DNA of 32,000 nucleotides. It comes from Cereibacter sphaeroides 2.4.1 (GTDB lineage: Bacteria; Pseudomonadota; Alphaproteobacteria; Rhodobacterales; Rhodobacteraceae). The position numbers were made by a program, and so were the translations under genes. The notes beneath the pieces were generated by a model. It did no database searches and was not told where the DNA came from. It saw only the letters and a program-made list of their open reading frames with translations. The DNA is taken from contig NC_007493.2 in the NCBI RefSeq assembly GCF_000012905.2, positions 2,700,001 to 2,732,000 on the forward strand. The letters run 5' to 3'. Shown piece by piece: positions 8,162-17,099 of the stretch (its first letter is position 1; every line of letters begins with the position of its first letter).

Positions 8162-11100
8162 CAGAGCCCCGCGGGCCGTCTCAGGTCGAGCGTCATCGGA
8201 AACTCCGGATGCGGCCGCTCGGGCGCGAGCGGCCAGAGGCCGGCACTGTGCCCGTGGGGCTGGAAGCGCGCAAGCCTACGCGCCTCGGCCTCGTTGCCGT
8301 TCACCGGGAAGGTCTCGTAGTTGCGCCCGCCGGGATGGGCTACATGATAGACGCAGCCGCCGAGCGACCGGCCCGACCAAGTGTCGTAGATGTCGAAGGT
8401 GAGCGGCGCATCGACGGGCAGGGTCGGATGCAGCGCCGCGGCGGGCTGCCAGGCCTTGAACCGCACCCCCGCCACCGCGCGGCCATTGGCCACCGGCACG
8501 AGCGGCACCTCGCGCCCGTTGCAGGCCACTCGGTAGCGCGCGGGATCGGCGCCCGAGAGCGTCACCTGCAGCCGCTCGGTCGAGCTGTCGGTGTAGCGCA
8601 CCGTCCCCCCGATGGCGCCGGTCTCGCCCAGCACATGCCATGGCTCGAGCGCCTGCCGGATCTCGAGATGCGCGCCCTCGTAGGTCACCTCGCCGCAGAA
8701 GGGGAAGCGGAACTCGGCCTGCGCCCGGAACCATTCCGGGTCGAGATCGAACCCGTGCGCCCGCAGATCGGCCAAGACGTCCAGGAAATCCTCCCAGACG
8801 TAGTGCTGGAGCATGAAACGGTCGTGCAGCGCTGTGCCCCAGCGGGTGAGCGGCCCCGTCACCGGGTTCTGCCACATGCGCGCGATGAGGGCGCGGATCA
8901 GAAGCTGCTGGGCGAGGCTCATGCGCGGGTCGGGCGGCATCTCGAAGCCGCGGAACTCGACGAGGCCGAGCCGCCCGGTGGGCCCGTCTGGCGAGAACAT
9001 CTTGTCGATGCAGATCTCGGCGCGGTGGGTGTTGCCGGTCACGTCGGTCAGGATGTTGCGCAGGAGCCGGTCGGGCAGCCAGAGCGGCGCGCGCGGATCG
9101 CCGGGACCGGGGATCTGCGACAGCGCGATTTCGAGCTCGTAGAGGCTGTCGTGGCGTGCCTCGTCGATGCGCGGCGCCTGACTGGTCGGGCCGATGAAGA
9201 GGCCCGAGAAGAGGTAGGAGAGCGACGGATGCCGGTTCCAGTGCAGGATCAGGCTGCGCAGCAGGTCCGGCCGCCGCAGGAAGGGCGAATCCGTGGGCGT
9301 GCGCCCGCCCACGACGACATGGTTGCCGCCGCCGGTGCCGCAATGCTTGCCGTCGATCATGAACTTGTCGGCGCCGAGGCGGCACTGGCGGGCCTCCTCG
9401 TAGACCGCCGTCGTGATCGACACGCACTCCTCCCAGCTGGTGGCGGGGTGGATGTTCACCTCGATCACGCCCGGATCGGGGGCCACGCGGATCACGTTCA
9501 GCCGCGGATCGTGCGGCGGCGCGTAGCCCTCGACATGGACCGGCAGGCCCAGCTTGCGCGCGGCCTCCTCGGCGGCGGTCAGGAGGTCGAGGTAATCCTC
9601 GACCGCCTCCACCGGCGGCATGAAGATGCAGAGCCGCCCGTCCCGCACCTCGACGGCGAGCGCGGTGCGCACGGCGCCCTCGTCGCCGAGGATCTGCTCG
9701 ACCATCGTCTGGCCCGGCGCCGAGGCGGTGAAGCTTGCCACCGCGGCATCGGGGGTCTGGAGCGGCACGATCTGCGCCTCGCCCGCGGGCGGCAGCGGCC
9801 CGCGCTCGACCGTGGGATCGGTCGGGTTGATGTAGGGGTAGCGCGAGGCCGGGATGTGGGGCAGCGCGCCCAGCGGCAGGCGGTAGCCCACCGGGCTGTC
9901 GCCGGGCACGAGGAACAGGTGCCTGCGCCGCAGCTTCCACCGCTCGGACCGCCAGCGCGGGCGGGGCGCCTGCGCCTGCCAGCGCTGCACCGGCAGGACG
10001 AAGCCCGAGGGCTCGGTCAAACCGCGCTCGAAGACGCGGGCCATGCGCAGCCGCTCTTCGGGGTCCTTCAGCTCCGAATTCTCGGGCGTCACATTTTCGG
10101 GAAGGTTCGCCTCCTTCAGAAGCCACTCGCCCGGATCCTCGTAGGCGGGCACCACGAGGTCTGGCTCGAGCCCGAGCTCGGCCGCGATGCCCTGCATCAG
10201 CCGCTCCGCCTCGGCCGGGCCCACACCGCCCTGCCCCGTCTCGCCCGCCACCAGCGCGCCGTCGCGCCAGATGGGCGCCCCGTCCTCGCGCCAGTAGAGC
10301 GAGAAGGTCCAGCGCGGCAGGGTCTCGCCCGGATACCATTTCCCCTGCCCGTAATGCAGGAAGCCCCCCGGCGCGAACCGGTCGCGGAGCCGCCGAATCA
10401 GCCGGTCGGCGAGGACGCGCTTGGTGGGGCCCACGGCATCGGTGTTCCACTCGCCCGATTCGAAATCGTCGATCGAGACGAAGGTGGGCTCGCCCCCCAT
10501 GGTGAGCCGCACGTCGCCCGCCCTCAGCGCCGCATCGACCCGGTGGCCCAGCGCATCGAGCCGCTGCCAGCTCTCGTCGGAAAAGGGTTTCGTGATCCGC
10601 GGATGCTCGGCCACGCGGGTCACCTTCATGTCGAAGGCGAAATCCACCTCGGCATAGCTCGCCATGCCGGCGATGGGGGCGGCGTTGCGGTAATGCGGGG
10701 TCGCGGCCAGCGGAATATGGCTCTCGCCCGTCAGAAGCCCCGAGGTGGCGTCGAGCCCGATCCAGCCCGCCCCCGGCAGATAGACCTCGGCCCAGGCATG
10801 GAGGTCGGTGAAATCGTGATCGGTCCCCGACGGCCCGTCCAGCGCCTCGAGATCGGGCTTGAGCTGGATCAGGTAGCCCGAGACGAAGCGGGCGGCGAGG
10901 CCAAGGTGGCGCAGGATCTGCACCTGAAGCCAGGCGCTGTCGCGGCACGAGCCGCGCCTCTGGGCCAGCGTCTCCTCGGGGCTGAAGACGCCGGGCTCCA
11001 TGCGGATCACATAGGCGATCTCGCGGGCGAGGCGCGCGTTCAGCCCCACCACCATGTCGACGGTCCGCTGCCGGTCGCGCGGGATCGTCTGAAGGAAGGC

Positions 11101-11484
11101 CTGAAGATGCGGCCCCGCAGGTTCGGGGCTGCGGTAGATCGAGAGATCCTCGACAATCTCCTCGGGATAGTCGAAGGGCCAGTGCTCGGCCGTCTCCTCG
11201 ACGAAGAAGTCGAACGGGTTGTAGACCGTCATGTCGGCCACCAGATCGACCTCGATGCGGAACTCGATCACCGGCTCGGGAAAGACCACGCGCAGCAGCC
11301 AGTTGCCGTAGGGATCCTGCTGATGATTCTCGAAATGCCCCCCCGGCGAGACCTTCAGCGCATGCGAGATCACCCGCGTGCGGGAATGGGGCGCGGGGCG
11401 CAGGCGGATCAGCTGCGGCCCGAGCGTCACCGGACGGTCGTAGCGGTAGTGGGTCAGGTGGTGAATGCTCGCCTTGATCGACAT
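8161..11484 (-). CDS. large transglutaminase-family protein with C-terminal DUF2126 (putative amidoligase) region, 1107 aa
   Basis: Internal start [19 protein letters not shown] of track ORF 8161..11688, with ATG at 11484-11482 and AAGGAA 8 nt upstream. Transglutaminase-core residues are [18 protein letters not shown] and GLDATSG, followed by about 700 aa of DUF2126-type sequence. Confidence 0.9.
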   Translation of the reverse strand: MSIKASIHHLTHYRYDRPVTLGPQLIRLRPAPHSRTRVISHALKVSPGGHFENHQQDPYGNWLLRVVFPEPVIEFRIEVDLVADMTVYNPFDFFVEETAEHWPFDYPEEIVEDLSIYRSPEPAGPHLQAFLQTIPRDRQRTVDMVVGLNARLAREIAYVIRMEPGVFSPEETLAQRRGSCRDSAWLQVQILRHLGLAARFVSGYLIQLKPDLEALDGPSGTDHDFTDLHAWAEVYLPGAGWIGLDATSGLLTGESHIPLAATPHYRNAAPIAGMASYAEVDFAFDMKVTRVAEHPRITKPFSDESWQRLDALGHRVDAALRAGDVRLTMGGEPTFVSIDDFESGEWNTDAVGPTKRVLADRLIRRLRDRFAPGGFLHYGQGKWYPGETLPRWTFSLYWREDGAPIWRDGALVAGETGQGGVGPAEAERLMQGIAAELGLEPDLVVPAYEDPGEWLLKEANLPENVTPENSELKDPEERLRMARVFERGLTEPSGFVLPVQRWQAQAPRPRWRSERWKLRRRHLFLVPGDSPVGYRLPLGALPHIPASRYPYINPTDPTVERGPLPPAGEAQIVPLQTPDAAVASFTASAPGQTMVEQILGDEGAVRTALAVEVRDGRLCIFMPPVEAVEDYLDLLTAAEEAARKLGLPVHVEGYAPPHDPRLNVIRVAPDPGVIEVNIHPATSWEECVSITTAVYEEARQCRLGADKFMIDGKHCGTGGGNHVVVGGRTPTDSPFLRRPDLLRSLILHWNRHPSLSYLFSGLFIGPTSQAPRIDEARHDSLYELEIALSQIPGPGDPRAPLWLPDRLLRNILTDVTGNTHRAEICIDKMFSPDGPTGRLGLVEFRGFEMPPDPRMSLAQQLLIRALIARMWQNPVTGPLTRWGTALHDRFMLQHYVWEDFLDVLADLRAHGFDLDPEWFRAQAEFRFPFCGEVTYEGAHLEIRQALEPWHVLGETGAIGGTVRYTDSSTERLQVTLSGADPARYRVACNGREVPLVPVANGRAVAGVRFKAWQPAAALHPTLPVDAPLTFDIYDTWSGRSLGGCVYHVAHPGGRNYETFPVNGNEAEARRLARFQPHGHSAGLWPLAPERPHPEFPMTLDLRRPAGL

Positions 11485-11717
11485 GTCGCGCGTTCCTTGC
11501 CCGGTCCGGTCGACGGTTTCACGCATCGCGGCAGGCTGCCAATGGCCCATCGCCCGGGCGCGGCGAAAAAACCGGCGGCGCGGGGCGGAGCGCCCAAATC
11601 CTGTGCGTCCGCGCCCGAGAGGCCGGGGCCGCACCCGCGCAAGGCGGCGGGGGCCCCCCGGCCGGCCGGGGACCAGCCGCACCCGCAAGATGGGGGGTGC
11701 GGCCCCGGGCGACCGCC

Positions 11718-13289
11718 CTACTTGCGGGTGATGCGGCCCTCGATCACCGGCGTGTAGGGGGCATGGGCCACCAGATAGTCCGCCGTCACATCGGCGAGGT
11801 CCGGGCCGAAGTCATAGGCATTGGCCGCATCGACGAACATGGCAAAGCCGTCGCCGCCCTGACGGACATAGTTGTTGGACACGACGCCATAGGTTTTGGC
11901 GAGATCGATGGGCTGCCAGCCGCCCTCCTCCATCACCATCACGTCCGAGATGCGCGCGCCCACCGGCGCCGCCGGGTCGAAAGCATATTTCAGCCCGGCC
12001 ACCTGCGCGAAGCGGCCCGCCCCCTCCTCGAGCTCGCTCACCCCGTTCTCGAGCGCCGCCACCACGGCCTCGCCCTTGACCTGAAAGGTCGAGAGCGTGT
12101 TCTGGAACGGCAGCACGGTCAGCACGTCGCCCATGGTGACCGTGCCCGCATCGATCGAGGCGCGCAGCCCGCCTCCATTGGAAATCGCGATCTGGATGCC
12201 CTGATCGCGCACCCGGTCGAGCATCGCATCGGACACGAGATTGCCCATCGCGCATTCGCCGCTGCGGCAGCTCTCGCGCGAGCCGTCGATGGGCGCGCTG
12301 ACCTCGGCCACCACGCGCGAGCGGATCTCTTCCAGCGGCGCCGCCAGTTCCTTCACCCGCGCAACCGTCGCCTCATCCTCGGCCACGGAGGCGTCGAGCA
12401 GCATCGGCGCGCCCTCGGCCGAGACGATCCTGCCCGCATCGTCGAAGGTGACGTTCAGCTCGCCCAGATACTTGCCATAGGCATAGGCGGTCACGATCGC
12501 CACATCGCCCACCATGGTGGGATAGGGGCCGGCCGCCGCCCCATCCTCGTTCGACAGAAGCGTGTGGGAATGGCCGCCCACGATCACATCGACATTCTTC
12601 AGCGCCGAAGCGATCTCCTTGTCGGCCTCGTAGCCCAGATGCGAGAGCAGCACGATCTTCGTCACCCCCTCGTCCGTCAGCCGGTCCACCTCGGCCTGTG
12701 CGGCCTGCACCGGCTCGGTGAAGATCACGTTCGGCCCCGGGCTCGCGAGTTCCGCCGTGTCGAGCGGCGTCAGCCCCACGATGCCGATCTTCTCGCCGCC
12801 CTTCTCGACCACCACCGACTTCTGCAGCTCGGCCCGCAGCCCGGGCTCGCCGGTCAGATCGGCATTGGCCATCAGAAGCGGCGCCTCGAGCTTTCTCGCG
12901 AAGTCGGTCAGCACGGCGGGGCCGTCGTCGAATTCGTGGTTGCCCACCGTCATGGCGTCGTAATCGAGCGCATTCATGAATTCGGCCGCCAGCTCGCCCT
13001 TGTAGCGCGAATAGAACAGCGAGCCCTGGAACTGGTCGCCCGCATCCACGAGAAGCCGCGTTCCGCCCTGCCCGCGCGCCTCGGAAATCGCCGTCACCAG
13101 CCGCGCGATGCCCCCGAAACATTCGCCCGCCGTATTGTCCTCTGGCGGACAGGTCGAATCGTATTTCGAGATCGGCTCGAACCGGTCGTGGAAATCGTTC
13201 GTGTGCAGGATGGTGAGCGCGAAGTCGGCCCGCGCCGCGCCCGTGGTCAGCGCCACCAGCGCCGCCGAGGCGAGAAGGGTGGATTTCAT
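11718..13289 (-). CDS. bifunctional metallophosphatase/5'-nucleotidase, secreted or periplasmic (523 aa)
   Basis: Internal start [21 protein letters not shown] (signal peptide) of track ORF 11718..13397, with ATG at 13289 and GGGAG upstream. Calcineurin-like motifs are [16 protein letters not shown] and GNHEFD, followed by a C-terminal 5'-nucleotidase domain. Confidence 0.9.
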   Translation of the reverse strand: MKSTLLASAALVALTTGAARADFALTILHTNDFHDRFEPISKYDSTCPPEDNTAGECFGGIARLVTAISEARGQGGTRLLVDAGDQFQGSLFYSRYKGELAAEFMNALDYDAMTVGNHEFDDGPAVLTDFARKLEAPLLMANADLTGEPGLRAELQKSVVVEKGGEKIGIVGLTPLDTAELASPGPNVIFTEPVQAAQAEVDRLTDEGVTKIVLLSHLGYEADKEIASALKNVDVIVGGHSHTLLSNEDGAAAGPYPTMVGDVAIVTAYAYGKYLGELNVTFDDAGRIVSAEGAPMLLDASVAEDEATVARVKELAAPLEEIRSRVVAEVSAPIDGSRESCRSGECAMGNLVSDAMLDRVRDQGIQIAISNGGGLRASIDAGTVTMGDVLTVLPFQNTLSTFQVKGEAVVAALENGVSELEEGAGRFAQVAGLKYAFDPAAPVGARISDVMVMEEGGWQPIDLAKTYGVVSNNYVRQGGDGFAMFVDAANAYDFGPDLADVTADYLVAHAPYTPVIEGRITRK

Positions 13290-13447
13290 GTCAAAGCTCC
13301 CGGTCTGGACAGGTGCCGACACAGTGCGGGGACGCCCGCCCCCTGTCAAAGGCCGAGGCCCGGATGACGTTGAGGCAGGTCCTTCGGCGGAGGTCATCCG
13401 CGAAGGGCCATATTGACCGCCGCACGGTCCGGGTGCATGAGGCTTGC

Positions 13448-13786
13448 ATGCTGATCTTCAAGATTTTCCGCCGCTCCGAATGGGATGACTTCCGCCGCGC
13501 CGGCGCCACAGCCGGAGCTCCCGTCGATCTGGCGGACGGCTACATCCACTTCTCGACGGCAGCGCAGGTGGCCGAGACGGCCGCCAAACATTTCACCGCC
13601 GAAAGCGATCTCGTGCTGGTGGCCATCGATCCCGACCGGGCCGGCCCCGACCTGAAGTGGGAACCCTCGCGCGGCGAGCAGCTGTTTCCGCATCTCTACC
13701 GCAGACTGACGCTCGACGACGTGGTGTGGGACAAGTCGCTCCCGCTCGGCGCAACCGGCCATATCTTCCCCGAGGGGCTCTGGTGA
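13448..13786 (+). CDS. DUF952 domain-containing protein (112 aa)
   Basis: Internal start [15 protein letters not shown] of track ORF 13313..13786. Length and N-terminus fit DUF952 proteins. The stop TGA (13784-13786) overlaps the pyrD GTG start (GTGA). Confidence 0.8.
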   Translation: MLIFKIFRRSEWDDFRRAGATAGAPVDLADGYIHFSTAAQVAETAAKHFTAESDLVLVAIDPDRAGPDLKWEPSRGEQLFPHLYRRLTLDDVVWDKSLPLGATGHIFPEGLW

Positions 13787-14847
13787 ACATCCTTGAACGC
13801 GCGGCGCTGACGGCCCTTCACCGGATGGACCCGGAGAAGGCCCATTCCCTCTCGCTCTCGGCGCTGCGATCGGGCCTCGTGCCCCTCCCGGGTCCGGTCA
13901 CCTCGCCGCGGCTGGCGACCGTTGTCGGAGGGCTCGTGCTGCCGAACCCGGTGGGGCTCGCCGCGGGCTACGACAAGAATGCGGTGGCGCTCGCCGCGCT
14001 GATGCGGGCGGGCTTCGGCTTTCTCGAAGTGGGCGCGGCCACGCCCCGGCCGCAGCCCGGCAATCCGCAGCCGCGGCTCTTCCGGCTGACCGAGGACCGC
14101 GCGGCGATCAACCGCTTCGGCTTCAACAACGACGGCGCCGCCACGATCTGCGCCCGCCTCGCCATGCGGCCGCGGGGCGCGGTGCCGGTGGGGCTCAATC
14201 TCGGCGCGAACAAGGACAGCCCCGACCGGGCCGCCGATTTCGCCGCCGTGCTGGCCGCCTGCGGCCCCCATGCCGATTTCGCGACCGTCAATGTCTCCTC
14301 GCCCAACACCGAGCGGCTGCGCGACCTGCAGGGGCGGCAGGCGCTGACGGCGCTGCTCGAGGGGGTGATGCAGGTGCAGGCCGGCTTCGCGCGGCCGGTG
14401 CCGGTGTTTCTCAAGATCGCGCCGGACCTGTCGGACGCGGATCTGGCCGAGATCGCCGAGGTGGCGCTGGCATCGGGCATCGCGGGGATCGTTGCGACCA
14501 ACACGACGCTGGCGCGCGACGGGCTGCGCAGCGCCCATGCCCGCGAAACGGGCGGTCTGTCGGGCGCGCCGCTCTTCGAGCGGTCGACCCGCGTTCTGGC
14601 GCGGCTGTCGGAGCTGACCGAGGGGCGGCTGCCGCTGATCGGCGTGGGAGGCGTGGCGAGCGCCGAGGAGGCCTATGCCAAGATCCGCGCCGGCGCTTCG
14701 GCGGTGCAACTCTACACCGCGATGGTCTATCAGGGCATCGGGCTGGCCGCGCGCATCGCCCGGGGGCTCGATGCGCTCCTGCTGCGCGACGGCTTCGGCT
14801 CGGTCGCCGAGGCGGTGGGCACGGGGCGCGCCGACTGGCTGACGTGA
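13783..14847 (+). CDS. pyrD: quinone-dependent dihydroorotate dehydrogenase (class 2), 354 aa
   Basis: In-frame GTG at 13783 within track ORF 13657..14847 gives (M)[20 protein letters not shown]. Motifs present are [35 protein letters not shown] and IGVGGV. The start codon choice is inferred. Confidence 0.9.
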   Translation: MNILERAALTALHRMDPEKAHSLSLSALRSGLVPLPGPVTSPRLATVVGGLVLPNPVGLAAGYDKNAVALAALMRAGFGFLEVGAATPRPQPGNPQPRLFRLTEDRAAINRFGFNNDGAATICARLAMRPRGAVPVGLNLGANKDSPDRAADFAAVLAACGPHADFATVNVSSPNTERLRDLQGRQALTALLEGVMQVQAGFARPVPVFLKIAPDLSDADLAEIAEVALASGIAGIVATNTTLARDGLRSAHARETGGLSGAPLFERSTRVLARLSELTEGRLPLIGVGGVASAEEAYAKIRAGASAVQLYTAMVYQGIGLAARIARGLDALLLRDGFGSVAEAVGTGRADWLT

Positions 14848-15018
14848 GGCGCACCGGCGGCTGAAAAAGCATTCCGTCGCCGAACGTGGCCCCGCTTTGG
14901 TGTGGTCCGCTCTTTTATCACGAGGCGGCTCGCCTCTCCGCCCGTGCATCATTGCGCTGCCGGAGAGGGTGAGGCTGCCTGTCCCTGTTTTTGATAGAGG
15001 CAGGCTGTTCCAGACGTC

Positions 15019-15255
15019 TCAGAAGGCCTTGAAGGTCATCGTGGTCAGGGTGCGCTGGATGCCCGGTATATCGAAAAGGTTTTCCGAGAGAAACCGGCCC
15101 ACGTCCTGATCGGCCGGCACATAGACCTTGGCGATGAGGTCGTAGTCGCCCGAGGTGGAATAGAGCTCCGAGACCACCTCGCGGTCGTAGATCGCATCGG
15201 CCACCTCGTAGGTCTTGCCGGGCATGCAGCGGAACTGGACGAAGACGCAGCGCAT
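15019..15255 (-). CDS. stand-alone Lrp/AsnC ligand-binding (RAM) domain protein, 78 aa, no HTH
   Basis: Track ORF MRCVFVQFRCMPGKTYEVADAIYDREVVSELYSTSGDYDLIAKVYV... matches the AsnC_trans_reg fold pattern. GGGAG lies 8 nt upstream of the ATG at 15255. Confidence 0.8.
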   Translation of the reverse strand: MRCVFVQFRCMPGKTYEVADAIYDREVVSELYSTSGDYDLIAKVYVPADQDVGRFLSENLFDIPGIQRTLTTMTFKAF

Positions 15256-15363
15256 GTGCTTGCTCCCTGAACGTTTGCCGGACCTTAGCCGCCTCCGCAG
15301 CCGAAGTCACGCCCGCCCGCGCGCCGGGCAGAGGCAGGGTCCGTGGACGGCGAACTGGGTGCG

Positions 15364-15493
15364 GTGAGCCGAGAGCCGAGAGCCGAGAGCCGAGAGCCGA
15401 GAGCCGAGAGCCGAGAGCCGAGAGCCGAGAGCCGAGAGCCGAGAGCCGAGAGCCGAGAGCCGAGAGCCGAGAGCCGAGAGCCGAGAGCCGAGA
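15364..15493. repeat. heptanucleotide microsatellite (GAGAGCC)17, perfect, with degenerate flanking units
   Basis: Direct count gives 17 uninterrupted GAGAGCC units over 15371-15489. They are preceded by GTGAGCC (15364-15370) and followed by a partial GAGA. The tract is intergenic, 34 nt 3' of the helicase stop (15527) and 109 nt 5' of the ATG at 15255. Confidence 0.98.
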
Positions 15494-15526
15494 CGGTCCC
15501 GGCGGGCGGGGGCCGTCAAGGTCGCG

Positions 15527-17065
15527 TCAGGGCGTTTCCGTCTCGGACTGGAGCTTCAGCTTCGGCGCCGTGCGCGGCAGGTCCTCGACCGACAGCGGCT
15601 GCTGCGGCAGGGCGAGCCGGTTGCGGACCACCCAGACGAGGCGTTTCTCGGCGCGGGTGATCGCGACATAGGCGAGGCGTTTCCAGAGCGGGACGCCGGC
15701 CTCGGACCGGCCCGCCTGTGCCGCGGCCCAGAGGTCGGGGGCGAAGACCTGCACCACCTCCCACTGCGAGCCCTGCGCCTTGTGGATCGTGACCGCCGCC
15801 CCGTGCAGGAAGGCCGCCCCCATGCGCGCGGCCGAGGGGATGAAGGGCTCCTCCTCGCCGGGCTTCTCGATCTTGATGATGGAGGCGGCCGAGACCTGCG
15901 GGTCCTCGGCGCCCACGACATGCAGCCGCGCGAAACCCTCGCGGTTGCCGGGGCCGAGATAGATCACCTGAGCGCCCTTGATGAGGCCGCGCGCCTCGAG
16001 GTCGATCCGCTTCTTGCGGTGCTTCAGCGGCAGCTCGATCCCGTCGCAGATCAGCGGCTCGCCGGGCAGGAGCTCGGTCTCGGGCGCACCCTGCGCGGCG
16101 CGGAAGGCGGTGATGAGCCGGATGCGGGTCTGGTTGCGCCAGACGAGGACCGGCGAGCGGGCCATGAGATCGGCATCCACGCGCTGCGCCACCTGCACCC
16201 GCTCGTCCTGACGGGCGGCACGCTCCACCATCGCTTCGAAGGTCTCGAAACTGAGGTCGGGGTCGGCCAGCGCATGGGCGAGGTCGAGGATCGGATTGTC
16301 CTCGGCCTGCCGGTGGATGCGGCTCAGCGTCAGCTTCCGCGCCTCGCCCATCGTGTCGAACACCATCTTGCCCGACTGGCCCACCGGCGCGAGCTGGGCC
16401 GGATCGCCGAACAGGACCAGCGTCGGAAAGATCTCGCGCAGATCGTCGAACTGTCGTTCGTCAAGCATCGAGGCCTCGTCCACGAAGCCCACGTCGAGCG
16501 GTTCGTCCCGTCTTTTCCAGCCCTTGATGAAGTCCGACCCCCTGAGACCGGCCGCGGCCAGCGCGCCGGGGATCGAGGGCACCTGCTCGTAGAAGGCCTT
16601 CGCGCGATCCAGCGCCATCTCGGACAGGCCCTCCACCTCGGGGCGCTTGCCGTTTCCGGCCAACCATTCGGCAATCCGCTCGTACTGCGGATCGTAGACC
16701 GGGGAATAGAGGATGCGGTGGATGGTGGTGGCCGGCACGCCACGCAGGCGCAGCACGCTCGCGGCCTTGTTGGTGGGGGCGAGGATGGCGAGCGTCCGCC
16801 GCTCCTTGCGCTTCCTGCCCTCCCAGTCGCCCGAGACCACCTCGAGCCCGGCCTCGATCAGCGCCTTGGTCAGCGAGGCGAGCAGCATCGTCTTGCCCGA
16901 GCCCGCCTTGCCCACCACCGCCAGCACCGAGGACTTGCCTTCGACCGGCACCGAGAGCGCGCCATTGGCCAGATCCACCCCCATGCCGCGCAGCTGGTCG
17001 GCCACGCGGTCGTAGGCTTCCGCCTGGTCGTCGGAGAAGGACACGGCCTGCATGGGCGCGACCAT
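15527..17065 (-). CDS. RecD/TraA-like superfamily 1B DNA helicase (AAA_30 + UvrD_C_2 type), about 510 aa
   Basis: Part of track ORF 15527..17227. SF1 motifs are present in order: GKAGSGKT (I), ILAPTNKAA (Ia), FVDEASML (II), LFGDPAQLAPVG (III), SRIHRQA (IV), TIHKAQGSQWE (V), AYVAITRAEKRLVWV (VI). The start is uncertain: ATG 17065 (MVAPMQAV) or 17053 (MQAVSF), neither with a clear SD. Confidence 0.85.
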   Translation of the reverse strand: MVAPMQAVSFSDDQAEAYDRVADQLRGMGVDLANGALSVPVEGKSSVLAVVGKAGSGKTMLLASLTKALIEAGLEVVSGDWEGRKRKERRTLAILAPTNKAASVLRLRGVPATTIHRILYSPVYDPQYERIAEWLAGNGKRPEVEGLSEMALDRAKAFYEQVPSIPGALAAAGLRGSDFIKGWKRRDEPLDVGFVDEASMLDERQFDDLREIFPTLVLFGDPAQLAPVGQSGKMVFDTMGEARKLTLSRIHRQAEDNPILDLAHALADPDLSFETFEAMVERAARQDERVQVAQRVDADLMARSPVLVWRNQTRIRLITAFRAAQGAPETELLPGEPLICDGIELPLKHRKKRIDLEARGLIKGAQVIYLGPGNREGFARLHVVGAEDPQVSAASIIKIEKPGEEEPFIPSAARMGAAFLHGAAVTIHKAQGSQWEVVQVFAPDLWAAAQAGRSEAGVPLWKRLAYVAITRAEKRLVWVVRNRLALPQQPLSVEDLPRTAPKLKLQSETETP

Positions 17066-17099
17066 AGCCGCAGGCGCCAGCCAAGGCCAGCGCCGGCGC

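Noticed and set aside
4925-11757. Two giant plus-strand ORFs (4925..8320, 1131 aa; 7615..11757, 1380 aa) overlapping the ATP-grasp/transglutaminase operon
   Set aside because: They run antisense to three ORFs with clear family signatures. Their translations are Arg/Gly/Ala/Pro-rich low-complexity sequence with no recognisable motifs. Long stop-free antisense frames are expected at this GC content.
14897-15109. Plus-strand ORF of 70 aa in the pyrD / RAM-gene convergent spacer
   Set aside because: It overlaps the 3' half of the RAM-domain gene in antisense, has no SD and has mixed third-position composition. It is probably spurious.
15364-15493. Possible CRISPR array
   Set aside because: The units are 7 bp with no spacers between them and no cas genes nearby. 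This is a microsatellite, not a CRISPR array.
15307-15660. ORFs 15307..15519(-) and 15343..15660(+), which encode heptapeptide repeats (SRLSALG / SREPRAE)
   Set aside because: The periodic peptides are simply the 7-nt microsatellite read in three phases. The ORFs have no SD or family similarity, and any unit change would frameshift them. I treat them as non-coding repeat.
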